From Nemertoderma westbladi (Eukaryota > Animalia > Xenacoelomorpha): a DNA stretch of 44,587 nt. A program made the position numbers and the translations under genes. Positions 1 to 13,040 of this stretch are shown piece by piece. The number at the start of each line of letters is the position of its first letter. Position 1 is the stretch's first letter. The notes under the pieces are model-generated. The model was not told the origin of the DNA, did not search any database, and saw nothing but the letters and a program-made list of their open reading frames with translations. The DNA is taken from positions 1-44,587 of the forward strand of contig JAUCBJ010008855.1 in NCBI GenBank assembly GCA_032718475.1. The letters are read 5' to 3'.

Positions 1-2385
1 TTTGTAGTGTTTTATGTTTTCTGCTTTTTAGCTCAACACTAGTAGGTTTAATTATAAGGACATATATCCTTTAACGCATTTTAACTGCGGCACTGCAGTA
101 ATCACTGCTGCATAATACCTGCTGACACACGGCTTTTAATAACTGCTGAAACTGCTAAAATTTACCTGCTCAATCGGTACTGTATACTGCTATTTGTTGT
201 TGGTTATTCATTATATTGGTTGATGAATTATTATATTGGAATAACGAGAAATAACCCCGAAACCCAATATTCTTGATATACCGAAGGTAAGAGAGAAAGG
301 TTACCAATAACGATTGTGACTTATGTTAAAGTGGTTTGAATTGAATCTAATGTTATTTGATAGACCCTACATGAGTCAGTCTGTGTTCCTTTTATATGTG
401 ACTAAAATCAGTGAAGATTGGCAGATTAGTGTGCAGTATTGTGCAGCATTGTGTATGAGTGAGTCTGTTAAAGAAGCAATTCCTAAAGAATGCGCCATAT
501 ATGTGAATTATAATTAAGCCATATCGTTGTGAGTAGTTTAAGTCATAACTCTGTTTATATAGATAAAGCGCCACGTCCTAAAGGAACTGTTAATATTCCC
601 GAAGGTGAATAATATTGTCAGAGATTATATAATACCGTCAGTCGAATAATACATTAGGCTTACATAGCAATAAAATTAAACCGTCGAACCCAATCTCCCG
701 GGAATATCCAGCGGGTGAATGGTCGCGCACAGATTGGTTTCGACTAGTGTAGTGAATCAAATACTTGTCATAGGCTAAAAAGCGATTTAATATCTAGAAG
801 ACATCTTAAATTGGCGGGTTACACTGCCAAAGGTGAAAGCGCGAACAATATATTAATGACCAAAATAATTTCCAAAAATTACTAGATAGTAAAAAATACT
901 AGCTACCATAAAAAATCTACTAAGGTTCTAGAACATTCACTAATATAAAAAGCACTCAAAATCACAAAAAATAAAGGTTAAAAAACTCATTCGGGACTCT
1001 TTTGCTTAAGGAGTCAAAATTGTAGAAAAAATTCCCGAAGTTTGCGACGTTTGCGAAATTCGCGAAGAATCCGTCAGTTTCTGTGCCCTAATGGTTTCGT
1101 GACGAAACAATAAAATCTTACACACTTAACACACACGAACTAATTTAATGTGTGTATTAGTATGCCTGAATAATTAATTAGAAATTGAATTAATGAACGC
1201 TATTTCAACATGAAATCTACGGAATCAATACACACGCACACTACTGAATTTAACAATTTATATAGATTGCAACTTATATTTGGCTACCTTTTAATGGGTG
1301 ACTAATTTAATTATTCACCCCTATATATTTGTAGCCTTTTTAATTTGTGCCTCTAATTAAATCAAACATTAAACTATGTCACAATATTGGTCTGTCGGTA
1401 GCTGGTCAATGATTCTCTCATAAATGTGTTAATTAGTCGCTGCTCAGTCATTGAACATTTGAACACGTGCTGCTCGAAGACCCCACAACGTGTAAAGGTC
1501 TATGTCATAAGGCTCATTTATAGACCTACCTACAGGTTTCAGTAGGGGCACACTCAGACACTGCAGCACTAAACACTACATGATATAAACCTAACCCTAA
1601 GACATTAACTGAGAAGAACTAAATAGGCCCTGTACCAGTGTACAGCTGTAACGGTGCTGCTATACTATGAAAAAGTTTTAATCAAATCACAAATCAGGTA
1701 GATTCCTAAATCGTAAATACAGGTATACAAATGATGGAGGTGCGTAGGCCTACCGGTACATGAACTGTAACATAACTCTTATTCGAAATTATGAAATTTA
1801 TTGCTAAATTCCATGATACCGGCAGGCCTTGTCATCCTGTTTTTAGTAAGCTTACTTAGTAAGCTTACTCAGGTACAGACTGAATGCCTGAATGCCCTAA
1901 CCCTAGCGGTTTCCTATATGACAGTATGACTACCGGAATATACAGTATTATGACTACAATACAACTGGTATATGACATTTATTCTTAATATTTTCTTCCT
2001 AAACACATTTGCGAAATTGAAAAATCCTTCCAAAAAAAAACAAAAATTAATATATAACATATATAATATATACCAAATAGCATTTGATCTACATGTTGAG
2101 AACAAAAAATGAACCATTGGAGCATCAGAGAGCGAGTAATCACAACTTAGAAAAGTCATCAACTTTTGTAGCTGACCCTAAACTTTGTAAAGCAAAATCT
2201 ACCGGATGTACCGCGAAATACATGCAATCAAAAATGTAAAACATCAGTATAACTCGTGACATGATAAAAAATTCAAAATTCCCGCTCATTCTAACAGGGG
2301 AAACATGGATTATGCTTTTATATAATACACAGACTTCATTTTATCCAAGTTACCCATGGTATCCAACTAACCCCGCTTGACGGTA

Positions 2386-3105
2386 GTGAATGGATAGCTT
2401 AATATCAACAAAACCACTCATTACAGGATTCTAGACCTGTACTTAACTTTTGGGAAATATGGGTAGGATCTTTATGAGAGAAAATAAGAGCACTGTTGCC
2501 GGCATATAAAATGAGTTGAACTACTTAGACTACTTATCATATCATTTACATAGCATACAAAAAGCAGAGGACCTAATATACTACCTTGCGGTACACCACA
2601 GGTAATCTCTTGTACAGTAGACTGCGATTTGCTAATGACTACAGTTTGACCTCTGTCTGACAGGTAGGACTTGAACCAGTCTATAGAACCTACACCCATC
2701 AGGCCTAACTTACCAAGCAGAATTTCATGATCTACAGTATCGAAAGCCTTTTGTAGGTCCAACATTACCATACCAGTAAATAAACCCTTTGCGTTATTAC
2801 ATTTAATTGCATCAGTTAAGTGAATAAGGCAGGTGTCTGTAGAATATGATTTACGAAAACCGGACTGAAGTTCATAGATCAGATTTAGCCTACTAAGATG
2901 TGCCGCCAGCTGTAGAACAACAGAACGTTCTAGAATTTTAGATACAATACTTAAGATACTAACAGGTCTGTAATTACAAGGTTCTACTTTACTATTCTTT
3001 TTATACAGAGGAACAACCTTAGCTAATTTCAGTTCGTCTGGTACTACATTATCTATGATAGAGAAATTAATAATAAAAGTAATAGGCACTTTAAGTACGT
3101 CAGTT
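2386..3105 (-). pseudogene. Non-LTR retrotransposon reverse transcriptase fragment, CR1/L2 group (Crack/Daphne-like)
   Basis: ORF 2472..3089 has [42 protein letters not shown] and [13 protein letters not shown]. After a frameshift it reads [14 protein letters not shown] (degenerate YADD) and continues to about 2386. Truncated at both ends. Confidence 0.9.
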
Positions 3106-4175
3106 GAACGGATGGTGTCTAAAAGTCTAGAAAATCTAAACTTTTGGTTTATTGATGCCTCAAGATTTCAATTCGACAGCTTTATATCCGACAAAGTTAC
3201 TAGCAAGACGACATTGTACCGATATCAACTGCGACGATGGCAACAACAACGACAACAACTACTTCCTCCCATTACTGAACCACCCCTTAACTGTGACAGT
3301 TAGCTAAGGCTCCGACAACTTGATGGTTCACCCCACATACAGTAAGACATAATGAAGACAGATACCTCAAATTAAACAGTAGGCCACCCAACCTTATACT
3401 AAACCAGTTTCGATAAATTCGGGATTTTGGTTTGGATATCCCCAGTTATATAGTACTGTTTATTGAAATTAGAAAAATTGAAATACCGTGATAGTAAATA
3501 TCACAGTATAAGTATGCGGCCTACAGGTATTGCAGTTCCGCAGTATTATTCTTTCATCTATGAATGGCGCTATGTAAGATATAAATATTTATTGAACAGC
3601 CAGAAATTAATAAATAAATGAGGTTGTTTTATCAGTTAGATAATATTTGGTAACTTTATCCCAACTTGCGGGCCCCTTCCAACTTATGAGCCCCCGGCAG
3701 CTGCCCCTGTGTACACTTACCCAACCGAAAAGAAAAACGTTCCTTGCCGAATCCTTCTTATCTTAAAAAGTAATATCTTAAATACGAAACATATATGGCG
3801 AACCGTACCAGATTTTAAATCCCCACAAAATTTCGGTCTTTATGAAACAATAAATGAGTTTTATTTTTTTCACGAAACCCGCTACCTCCCCTCCCTCTCC
3901 CCTCTAATTGAAACCGAATATTGTTTTATAGTTTTTTAATTCAATTGTTTTTACTGTGCAACTAACCTAAATACACAATTCATTATTATCTACACATAAG
4001 TACTAATTAATATTCACTGGTAATATTCATTTCTCTTTGCTTAGGATTTGTAGATTCACATTATATTTAAGTGGGAATTATTTTTAAATGTGTTGCAGTG
4101 CAAGTTGCAGAGGAATTATTCTGGTTTCTAATTGATTGCCTTACTGACAATGGCCATGGGTAAGTCATATGCAAA

Positions 4176-4333
4176 ATAGCAAAAAAACTCATTTGTCTAT
4201 ATAAACTCACACCATTGCTCCGTTTAAACTCTTATGTTAATTCGACATGGATGTGACATCCATGTCGAATTAACATAAGAGTTTAAACGGAGCAATGGTG
4301 TGAGTTTATATAGACAAATGAGTTTTTTGCTAT
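4176..4333. repeat. Near-perfect long palindrome (about 78-bp arms, 1-nt centre at 4255)
   Basis: 4176-4254 is the reverse complement of 4256-4333 apart from A7 versus T6. Confidence 0.97.
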
Positions 4334-4377
4334 AATCTTGATATAATCTTAATTTGATATAATCTTTTTGCTAAATA

Positions 4378-7042
4378 TGTGGCTGAATCAGGCCAAATAA
4401 AACCAATTTTCTTAGTCATAAAATCATATAAAATACTTTTATGTACTGTGCGAGTTTTAAAATTATATAAAACCATTTTTCAAGGTCCATTGAATATCAT
4501 TTAAAACCACTTTTCTTACTCGACTTAAAATCATATAAAACCACTTTTCTTACTCGACTTAAAATCATATAAAACCACTTTTATGTTCTGTGCGAGTTTT
4601 AAAAAACATATAAAACCACTTTTCTAGGTGGAGAGGGCCCTTTCCCTGCAAGAAAACCGGCGCGGTAGCTACCAAGATAAAGCGCCGTCCCAGATTGTGA
4701 GAACCCTATACCCATGACCTAGGCACATTGTAGTACATCTCAGCAACTGCCCAGACGATTTTCTTGAAATTTGCACACGACCTGCGCCGCGGTTCCATAT
4801 AACCCTGTACCAAATTTCAAATAAATTCATAAATTAGGGGCCGAGTGAGAATGTTTTAAATTTATTAAAAATTAATAGAAACTATTAGAAATAAATCTTG
4901 CCGATATCTGATTGGGAAGAGCACCGAGGCAGTTCGCTGGTAGAATTAATTCAGAGTTGGCTTGGCAACCATAATACAGTAGGTAGGTAGACCTGCTAGT
5001 ACGCTGTTATCTCAGTAGTAATATGGCCGCCATCTAATGTGTACTATTTATAGACAATTTGATTTAATGATAACCACAGTGTCTGACTACTGGGGTTGTT
5101 TAATGACGGATGTTATACTATAGCCAGTCTGCCCAGCAATACACATATCCATTATATGAACAATGTTTACAGTTAATCTATTGAATGGGGCTAATCAGTA
5201 GTGGGTAAATGATGCGAATTATAATGGTAGTGGCAAAGCAGTATATATGCACACTCTAGTCCAAAATCAGTCGATCTCAGGAACTGCAGATACGATTTTT
5301 TTATATTTGCATACAATGAAGGGGGGTACCAGAAATACGTGTACCAAATTTCAAGTAAATTGATCAATTTACTAATATATTTATAATTAAAAAGTTAATA
5401 AATTTCGCTATTTAAGAAAACTATAGGTCCTATGGGAAAATGATGAAACTCAAAGTTGTAGATAATCATCCGCGTAGCCCATCGGTGGAATAAAATGTTG
5501 ACTTTATTTATAACAAATATATTTATAATTAAAAAGGTAATAAATTTCGCTATTTAAGAAAACTATAGGTCCTACGGGAAAATGATGACATTCAAAGTTG
5601 TAGATAATCATCCGCGTAGCTCATCGGTGAAATAAAATGTTGACTTTATTTATAACTAATATATTTATAATTAAAAAGGTAATAAATTTCGCTATTTAAG
5701 AAAACTATAGGTCCTACGGGAAAATGATGACATTCAAAGTTGTAGATAATCATCCGCGTAGCCCATCGGTGGAATAAAATGTTGACTTTATTTATAACAA
5801 ATATATTTATAATTAAAAAGGTAATAAATTTCGCTATTTAAGAAAACTATAGGTCCTATGGGAAAATGATGAAACTCAAAGTTGTAGATAATCATCCGCG
5901 TAGCCCATCGGTGGAATAAAATTTTGACTTTGTTTATAACTAATATATTTATAATTAAAAAGGTAATAAATTTCGCTATTTAAGAAAACTATAGGTCCTA
6001 TAGGAAAATGATGAAATTCAAAGTTGTAGATAATCATCCGCGTAGCCCATCGGTGGAATAAAATGTTGACTTTATTTATAACTAATATATTTATAATTAA
6101 AAAGGTAATAAATTTCGCTATTTAAGAAAACTATAGGTCCTACGGGAAAATGATGAAATTCAAAGTTGTAGATAATCATCCGCGTAGCCCATCGGTGGAA
6201 TAAAATTTTGATTTTATTTATAACTAATTTATTTATAATTAAAAAGTTTATAAATTTAACTATTTAAGTAAATAATCCGAAACGTTTATTTCCGAAATGT
6301 TTAATTGTACAATGCGAATTCGAATCTACCAATTATTTTTAGGAACGATTAGAAGACCACCGGGGCTACATGTTTTAGATTATGATTTATTTGTTCCAGA
6401 ACGTTGTTACAGGGTGGGTGGGCAATTTGGTGCTAGTGAATATTTAGAGTTCATTTATTTAGCTCAAAATGCTTAGAATTCTCAAGTTTTTTACATTGAT
6501 ATCACAATTTTGAAAGAAATGTTTATCAAGAAGGTCAAAACTGAAGCCATTCTCGGACGTCCGCTCTTGGTCAAGTAAAAACATATAAAACCACTCTCTG
6601 ACTAAAAATCATATAATATATAAAGCACTAAAATCATTTAAAACCGATTTTTTTTGTCACTTTTCCATTTGCAGAATGGTTAGACAAATGTGTTTACCAC
6701 TGCCATGTCTGCATGTGCTATGGAATGACATAGGCTTATTCAGTTATTGGGCTGGGCTCTATCGCAATGAGGTACCGGTACCGGTCTTGATTTCATAATC
6801 TCCTTCAGCAGATACTGTGTGCAGTAATATATGATAATAATATGATTAAAATGATTTATGGTTTTATGGTTTTATATGATTTTTACTCGACTTGAGAACA
6901 GTTGTTTTATATTACTGTATTAATTAATATTTAACAGACCTGGATAAATGGTTTTATATGATTTTTATTCGACTGAGAAAAGTGGATTTATATGATTTTA
7001 TGACTAAGAAAATTGGTTTTATTTGGCCTGACTCATCCACCG
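4378..7042. mobile_element. Non-autonomous TIR DNA transposon, Tc1/mariner-like (TA flanks)
   Basis: About 55-bp inverted repeats: GTGGCTGAATCAGGCCAAATAAAACCAATTTTCTTAGTCATAAAATCATATAAA (from 4379) and its near complement ending CCACCG at 7042. TA at 4376-4377 and 7043-7044. Subterminal AAAATCATATAAAACC repeats occur in inverted orientation at the two ends. No ORF. Confidence 0.75.
5371..6270. repeat. 142-bp tandem array, about 6.3 copies
   Basis: CTATAGGTCC recurs at 5421, 5563, 5705, 5847, 5989 and 6131. Units are nearly identical. Confidence 0.97.
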
Positions 7043-10000
7043 TATGTCAGCGTCAGACAATGTAAATCCATTATTCATGTTTGTTCTTTTCTTACCTTTG
7101 ATTTTATCTCATTGCAATATCTTGCCTTAATTATGGCTCAACGACGAGGTGGTGGTGATGAAACCACAACAATACGACATAATCAAATAGAAAAAGTCCA
7201 TCAAGTTCACCATGAGTTGCGAATAAAAAAAAATAGTTCTTAAATAAATTATTATTTATTCAAAATATGTCTGATTAATTCAAATAGAAAATTTCATAGG
7301 ATTTTCTCTTATGCAGAATTAGTTAAAATCATACAAAAACCAGACAGGTAGAATACTATGATGGTATGTAGTCAATTGTCTTGACTCATGTCTTTTTTCC
7401 GATTGAACATAACTTTCGAAAATTCTGTATGAATCCAACTTCATTGGCAACACGAACACAGTCTTCAATTTTAGTAAAATGCTGTGAAATACTGTACGTT
7501 TGTGCTGTATATGGTATGTTAAAAAATTACTGATCCAGTTCCTCACTACTATCCAAGAATAGAGCAACTACCAACCCAACTGCAACTACCAACCCAACTA
7601 TAGCAACTACAACGCACGCAATTAATCGAAATCAAGGGTTACACATAAAATAAAATAATTATTTTAAAATTCAGATGCTTTAGCACAACCTCAATCTTTA
7701 TATAATCTAATTTATCTTTTATATATGATTCGAGTCTCCCGAGTTCACTTGGGAATAATAAGTCAGCCTTGATGATAACAATTGATTGATAATGAATTAG
7801 GTGGCGTGCCGGCACTGCTTTTAGAATTCAAGCCCAAAGGGAAATAGCTAATCAGGTAGAGCCAATGTTGTACTACGGCCGATGTTTGACCTACTCAATT
7901 GACCACTCATTGGACTTATGGGCCGGGGCACCTTCATGGCATACCCTCTACTATCAATTGCCTTTGACACGGAACTGCTATTTTTGACGCAAGTTAATTC
8001 AGCTCCATTATTTGTGTTTCCGAGGGTTGTTTGCTAACGAAAAGTAATTACATAATGGCTGACATTGGAAATCGGTTGTTTTGAATATCCATAAGCAAGA
8101 ATAATGTTTTTCATGTCAATACCAAAAAGCAAACAATGGACATCACTTCATTCATCAAGAATATTTTGTCAAATTAATTGCAGCTACACTGGACTGGCAG
8201 TGACTTGCTTATGTGGTAATTGAGTATAACACCCAGCTACCACCTCCAGTAGTACAGCCAGTTTCTAATGTGATTGTCTCAAAATCCTGGTGTGTTTCAG
8301 CATGGGTTCTTTATTGCTAAATATCACCATTTGAAGTGATGTCATGCTGAGATGCATCTGCCACTCTTATGAGCTACATTGATTACAACAAGCGAGCTAT
8401 ATTGATTACTAAGTAGCAGAAATTTACAGAACAGCAGGGCGGCGGCATTCCCTGCAAAAAGGCATTTTATTCTCATGAGAATGAATTTTATTTGAAAAAT
8501 ACAGCTGGCTTATTCACCCGGTTTAATTAACTGTGGTGAAGTAAATATGGCTAATTTTAAATTTCAAATGTATTAAAATGCAATAATTAACCAAAAGGTA
8601 CTGCCATAACATTCACTCACATTCCAATACATTTACTGTCAACGTTTAGTCTATTTGTAACCTCCTCTTTAAATTCCTCACTAAATCATATCGTTACTAC
8701 TGTATATGAAATTCATATCGTTACTACTGTATATGTAATTACAATCTATTTTGATGTGTTTATAGATTTTCTATGCGCTCTCATGAACTCAACTTTTCGC
8801 AGATGTTTCTTTCAGGATGACGTTTCTATGACTACTACGTTTCCTATCGTCAGCTGGCCACCCTATAATACGATCATGAATGTCCGGCAGACTCATCCGT
8901 TGTGACGGTAGGGTGATTCTGGGTTTTGGCAATATATGTCACCACTATTGTCTTATTTGCCATCAAAGAAAAAGTTCAGTTTCTGGAGACTACCAGTAGG
9001 TTTTGCAATGCAAACTCATCCCATGGTACACCATGCCTTGTACCCATCCAGTGAGTATGATTGTTTTATATATTTATTTTATACTGTTCCCGAGATATAT
9101 AATGTGCATAGTTCGAGAGATCAGTTATATATTTGCTAAAATTTATTTAATTATTATATTTATTTGCAAATATATTTATTAATTACTTAATAAAACATAT
9201 TATTTAATAAATATTACGATAAAAAATTGTTGGTATCGTTGATTTGAATGAAAATAAACACACGTCAAATAACTTTCTTAATGATCTGCATAACAATGCA
9301 TTTGAGCATTTTAAAACACTTCACCCATTCAGTAAAGATTAAATTTTTCAATTAATTAGTTTACGTTTGAAACCGGACACAATAAGTAAAAGACTAATAA
9401 TATAGTAAATTTTAGCAGGTCATCAGTTTCCCATAGACGTTATAGTATAAACACAAAATATCATTACTACTACTAATTAATTATACATAAATTAAATAAT
9501 GAATCTAGTTGATAGATTGAAATATCTTAAATTATAAATAAATCTTCACCACAAAAAATTTGACATAATTTGAACGTGATCCTCAATTGTGACCACCTAA
9601 ATCTAAAGTAAGGGATGGTTTGCTTAAAAAAATAAAGGCACAAATTTAAATTACACTTCTGAAGAGGTTTTGTGTGCATCCAGGCCTACTTTATATGTCT
9701 TTGGAGCCTCTTAGATAAAGGATTCATTCATCCTATCAAATCGGATTCCGGAGTTCAGGAGGGCAGTGCTGGTTGAGTACCCGCCACCATTATGAGTAAG
9801 CCCCGCCGGCTTATGTTACCTTCTGATAAGTAATGTTTTGACATTTGAACCATAAAACGAAAAGTTAATTGGAATACATTTTAATGGGCCACCTGAACCT
9901 CCTATATGGGCGGACACGCATTATATTTCTTCTGTACGTTATTTTAAAGCATTGCGATTATTGACTATTATTATTGTACTACTACGCATTATTACTGTAT

Positions 10001-10599
10001 GAGGTAAGGGATTGCTGCCTTTGTAGGCCTACTTGTAATTAATTTTAATGAAATTATTGTAGTATTTTTTAATCGTGTATGGTAGTTTATAATATTCCAA
10101 GTAGTAAAAATAATATATTGCAATTTTATAATGCTCTATAATATTGAGCCCCCTCTAAAATCTACAAATTTTAACGAAAACGTCTGGTTTTTTGTTTGTG
10201 CGTAGATTTACTAGTCTAAATGCGACCGAAAAAAAACTTTCTAAAAAATGTTCTGAAGTGGTTATTTTGCAGCACAAAAATTGGAAGAAGTGAACAATTT
10301 TAATAAAATTCCAAAGTTACAATATTCGGCTAATTATTTTTCAATACAGGTTTTCTGGGGCGCAAAATCCATTGGAAAATATTTAAAAATGATCTGATTA
10401 CTATAAATGGCTGTTTTAGTCCTCTATGTAGGCAAAAAATGAATAAAACAAGTAACCAGCACTTTTCAGTTTAAAGACAAAATTTTTAATTCACTTATAC
10501 GATGCTATAAATTCACATTTTTTGGTTTTCTGGGGCGCTGATTCTAATGGAATGCATTTCAAATTTTCCAGAACATTGCTACGTTTCTATGTCGGCGTA

Positions 10600-10990
10600 A
10601 TATGGAAAATTTTGGTGCTAGCACCAAATTTCCTACCCATCTAAAAAAAGTACAAGTTTGAGATGTCCAGTGCTGTTTTTATTAATTCCAACGGATTCAG
10701 GACCCTCATAAACCAGTCTAACGCAAGAAACAAGGTGACACGATCAATTGATATATTTGATGGTTTGCAAAATTTGGTGCAGCACCAAATTTTGCATCTA
10801 CGTCTGAAAAATACATGTTTGAGATGTCTAGTTAAGATAATTATTTATTCCATTGAATCAAAACCGCCATAAACCTCTAAAATGCGAGAAATTTTTGTCA
10901 CACGCAGTTTAACTAATTAATTTTTAAATCAAAATTTGGTGCTGCACCAAAATTGGCACACGCCGAAAAAAACATGTTTGAAATTTCTAA
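10600..10990. repeat. Degenerate ~160-bp tandem repeat, each unit with a palindromic AAATTTGGTGCnGCACCAAA(T/A)TT motif (probably inside a DNA-transposon relic)
   Basis: Palindromes near 10610, 10770 and 10931, each followed by AAAAA..ACA(T/A)GTTTGA. Confidence 0.6.
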
Positions 10991-12229
10991 ATAAATGTAT
11001 ATGAATTTAAGTTATATAATGAGTTGAGTAGTATATAACATAAACATTTATATGTAAAAATATGTGCCTATTAGTTCGTTTATATATTAGTTTATCTCAT
11101 ATGGGACCAATTTGCGTTGGAGATCACTTTATCAATCGTGGTCAACTGCATCTTTACTAATTGTTGTGCCATTAGACAATTAATTTATTCGGATCTACTA
11201 GGTGGTTATATAAATAAAGTTCGCAGGATACGGTCATGATTGAAATAAGTTGGACCAGACCAGTGCGATAGGCAAACTTTCTTTTGTGGACACCATAGTG
11301 GTCCACATTGACTACAAAAATAATAAACAATGTCCAGTGCACATTGGTGGCATATAAGATAAAGTTTCGTTTATTGTTTTGGTTATTGAGTATCGCCACT
11401 GTAACCTGCTACTTATCCTAAATCTAATGTGTTAAATTAAATTAAATATATTTTTCAAATACACTACATACATAGTTTGTGTGGAGTTTTGTACCATGAA
11501 TTCAACTTCATACAAAAAAGGTATCTTTAAAAAGGATTATCATATCAATAATGCAACAAAATGTGTTCACCAAGTTCTATAAGATTTAGGTATATATTTT
11601 CGTAAAATAACTCTATAATTTCTATTATAAAAATATTAATATCAATCCCTGTTTTTTAAGCCATATAACCAACTATACAAGTATGAATAGTATCATTTCC
11701 ATGAATGACACGATCGTCCTGCACTATGGTGTAATGCCTGCATGTGGATTGGGAGATCAGATGATTTCATACCATATATCTTAATATATCATATCACGCC
11801 GGGTGTATCATAATAAGGTAATGCAGAGCTGTATACCGTGCACAGCAGAACAGTGCAGTACTAACTATTGCATGTATAATGTCATGCAATGTCATGCGAG
11901 GGGGCACACTTGGTCAATACAAGTTATGGTGACCATCAAACACATGGGCTTAATATGGGTGAGTTAGAATCCGAGGGTACTGATGTGTCATGGAGTTCCA
12001 TAGATAGATGTTATCACTCCACAATAACTCACTTTTGTACCATTGGCGAGATGTTAAGTGCTTTATGCGAACTGCATAGCTGACATAAAAGGCAGAGAGA
12101 TAGAGTCCAAGGCCCCTGGTTGTAGGACTTGATGCGCAAGTTTATTTAACCAGGGATTGCATCTTCCAATGCTGTCCATACTGCCTGGTCTGTTTGGGCG
12201 ACCTGGAAGGCATTTGCTGAGATGTCCCC

Positions 12230-13040
12230 CTTTGAAAGGAGTGCTTTCAATGATTTAACCATGGACTCTGCTAGTCTACAGTATTAGAGTAAGGATATTA
12301 TGGGGATGACATTACGGGTATGACTCCCCAATCCTTTATGAACGAGGTAAAAGTGGCTCCCATTAATGGGGTGCCACCATCTGAATGGAACTTAGTGGTA
12401 CCCTGAACCTAACAAAAGCATATGTAATGGCTGTGAGAGTTGTGGCAGATGTTGGAGGTTCAGTGAAGAGGGTGATTTCAGGCCTCCCGGAGTCTCTGTC
12501 AACTGTAGCAAGGTAGTTGCGGCTAGCTAGAGAGAGAAAATCTGCTACTACAAGGATCGGCATGCTGCATTGCAGCTGCATTTGTAAGAATGCTGTGCTG
12601 GCTTATCGACAAAATTGCACCGCCACAACTCCCTATCACCCATGACATTTGCTAGATCATCCGCATCTTCAAGGCCAGTGTCCTTTACGATGCGTCTGAA
12701 GAAAGTCATGGGCTGTCCACCATGCTTATTCACTCCATGAGGCTGCCAAAGTACAAGATTATGCACTGGCTGGTCCTCACGGCGAAAGCAATGTCCTGCA
12801 AAGCGGAGGCAATTTTGTTCTAGTGTCAAGCTTGGGGGAACCAATGAGACACCTCCAATGTTATATAGTGTCTGGTTGGAGATGTGTGCATTGTACTTGA
12901 CACAATGAACCCGAAAATCTGCACTGCGGCATGGGATCAGCATAAAGAGGCTCCTTTGGGCGGGCGGCGTGGTGTGTGAGCCATTCACTACTTGCTCCAA
13001 CGGATTGACAATGTGAGGCTCTGTATCTTTCGTAAACTAC
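12230..13040 (-). pseudogene. Decayed Gypsy-type integrase core interrupted by an RTE fragment
   Basis: Minus-strand translation across frameshifts gives PKEPLYADPMP / ADFLSLASRNYLATVDRDSG / HSDGG / FIKDWGV..MSSP*YPYSN / LAESMVKSLK, matching the D-D(35)E core of Ty3/Gypsy integrases. Confidence 0.75.
12546..12912 (-). mobile_element. 5'-truncated RTE-clade LINE copy (3' end only) with 10-bp TSD
   Basis: Near-identical reverse complement of about 31105-31467. TSD GAAAATCTGC at 12536-12545 and 12913-12922. Short TAG-type tail. Confidence 0.93.

Noticed and set aside
2340-2385. Possible pogo/Tc1 MITE end (CCCCGCTTGACGG-TA) truncating the LINE fragment
   Set aside because: No convincing partner TIR in the window.
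7319-8290. Very decayed RT-like words (WISNFLT, GIDMK) on the minus strand
   Set aside because: Too short and degenerate to call without a profile search.
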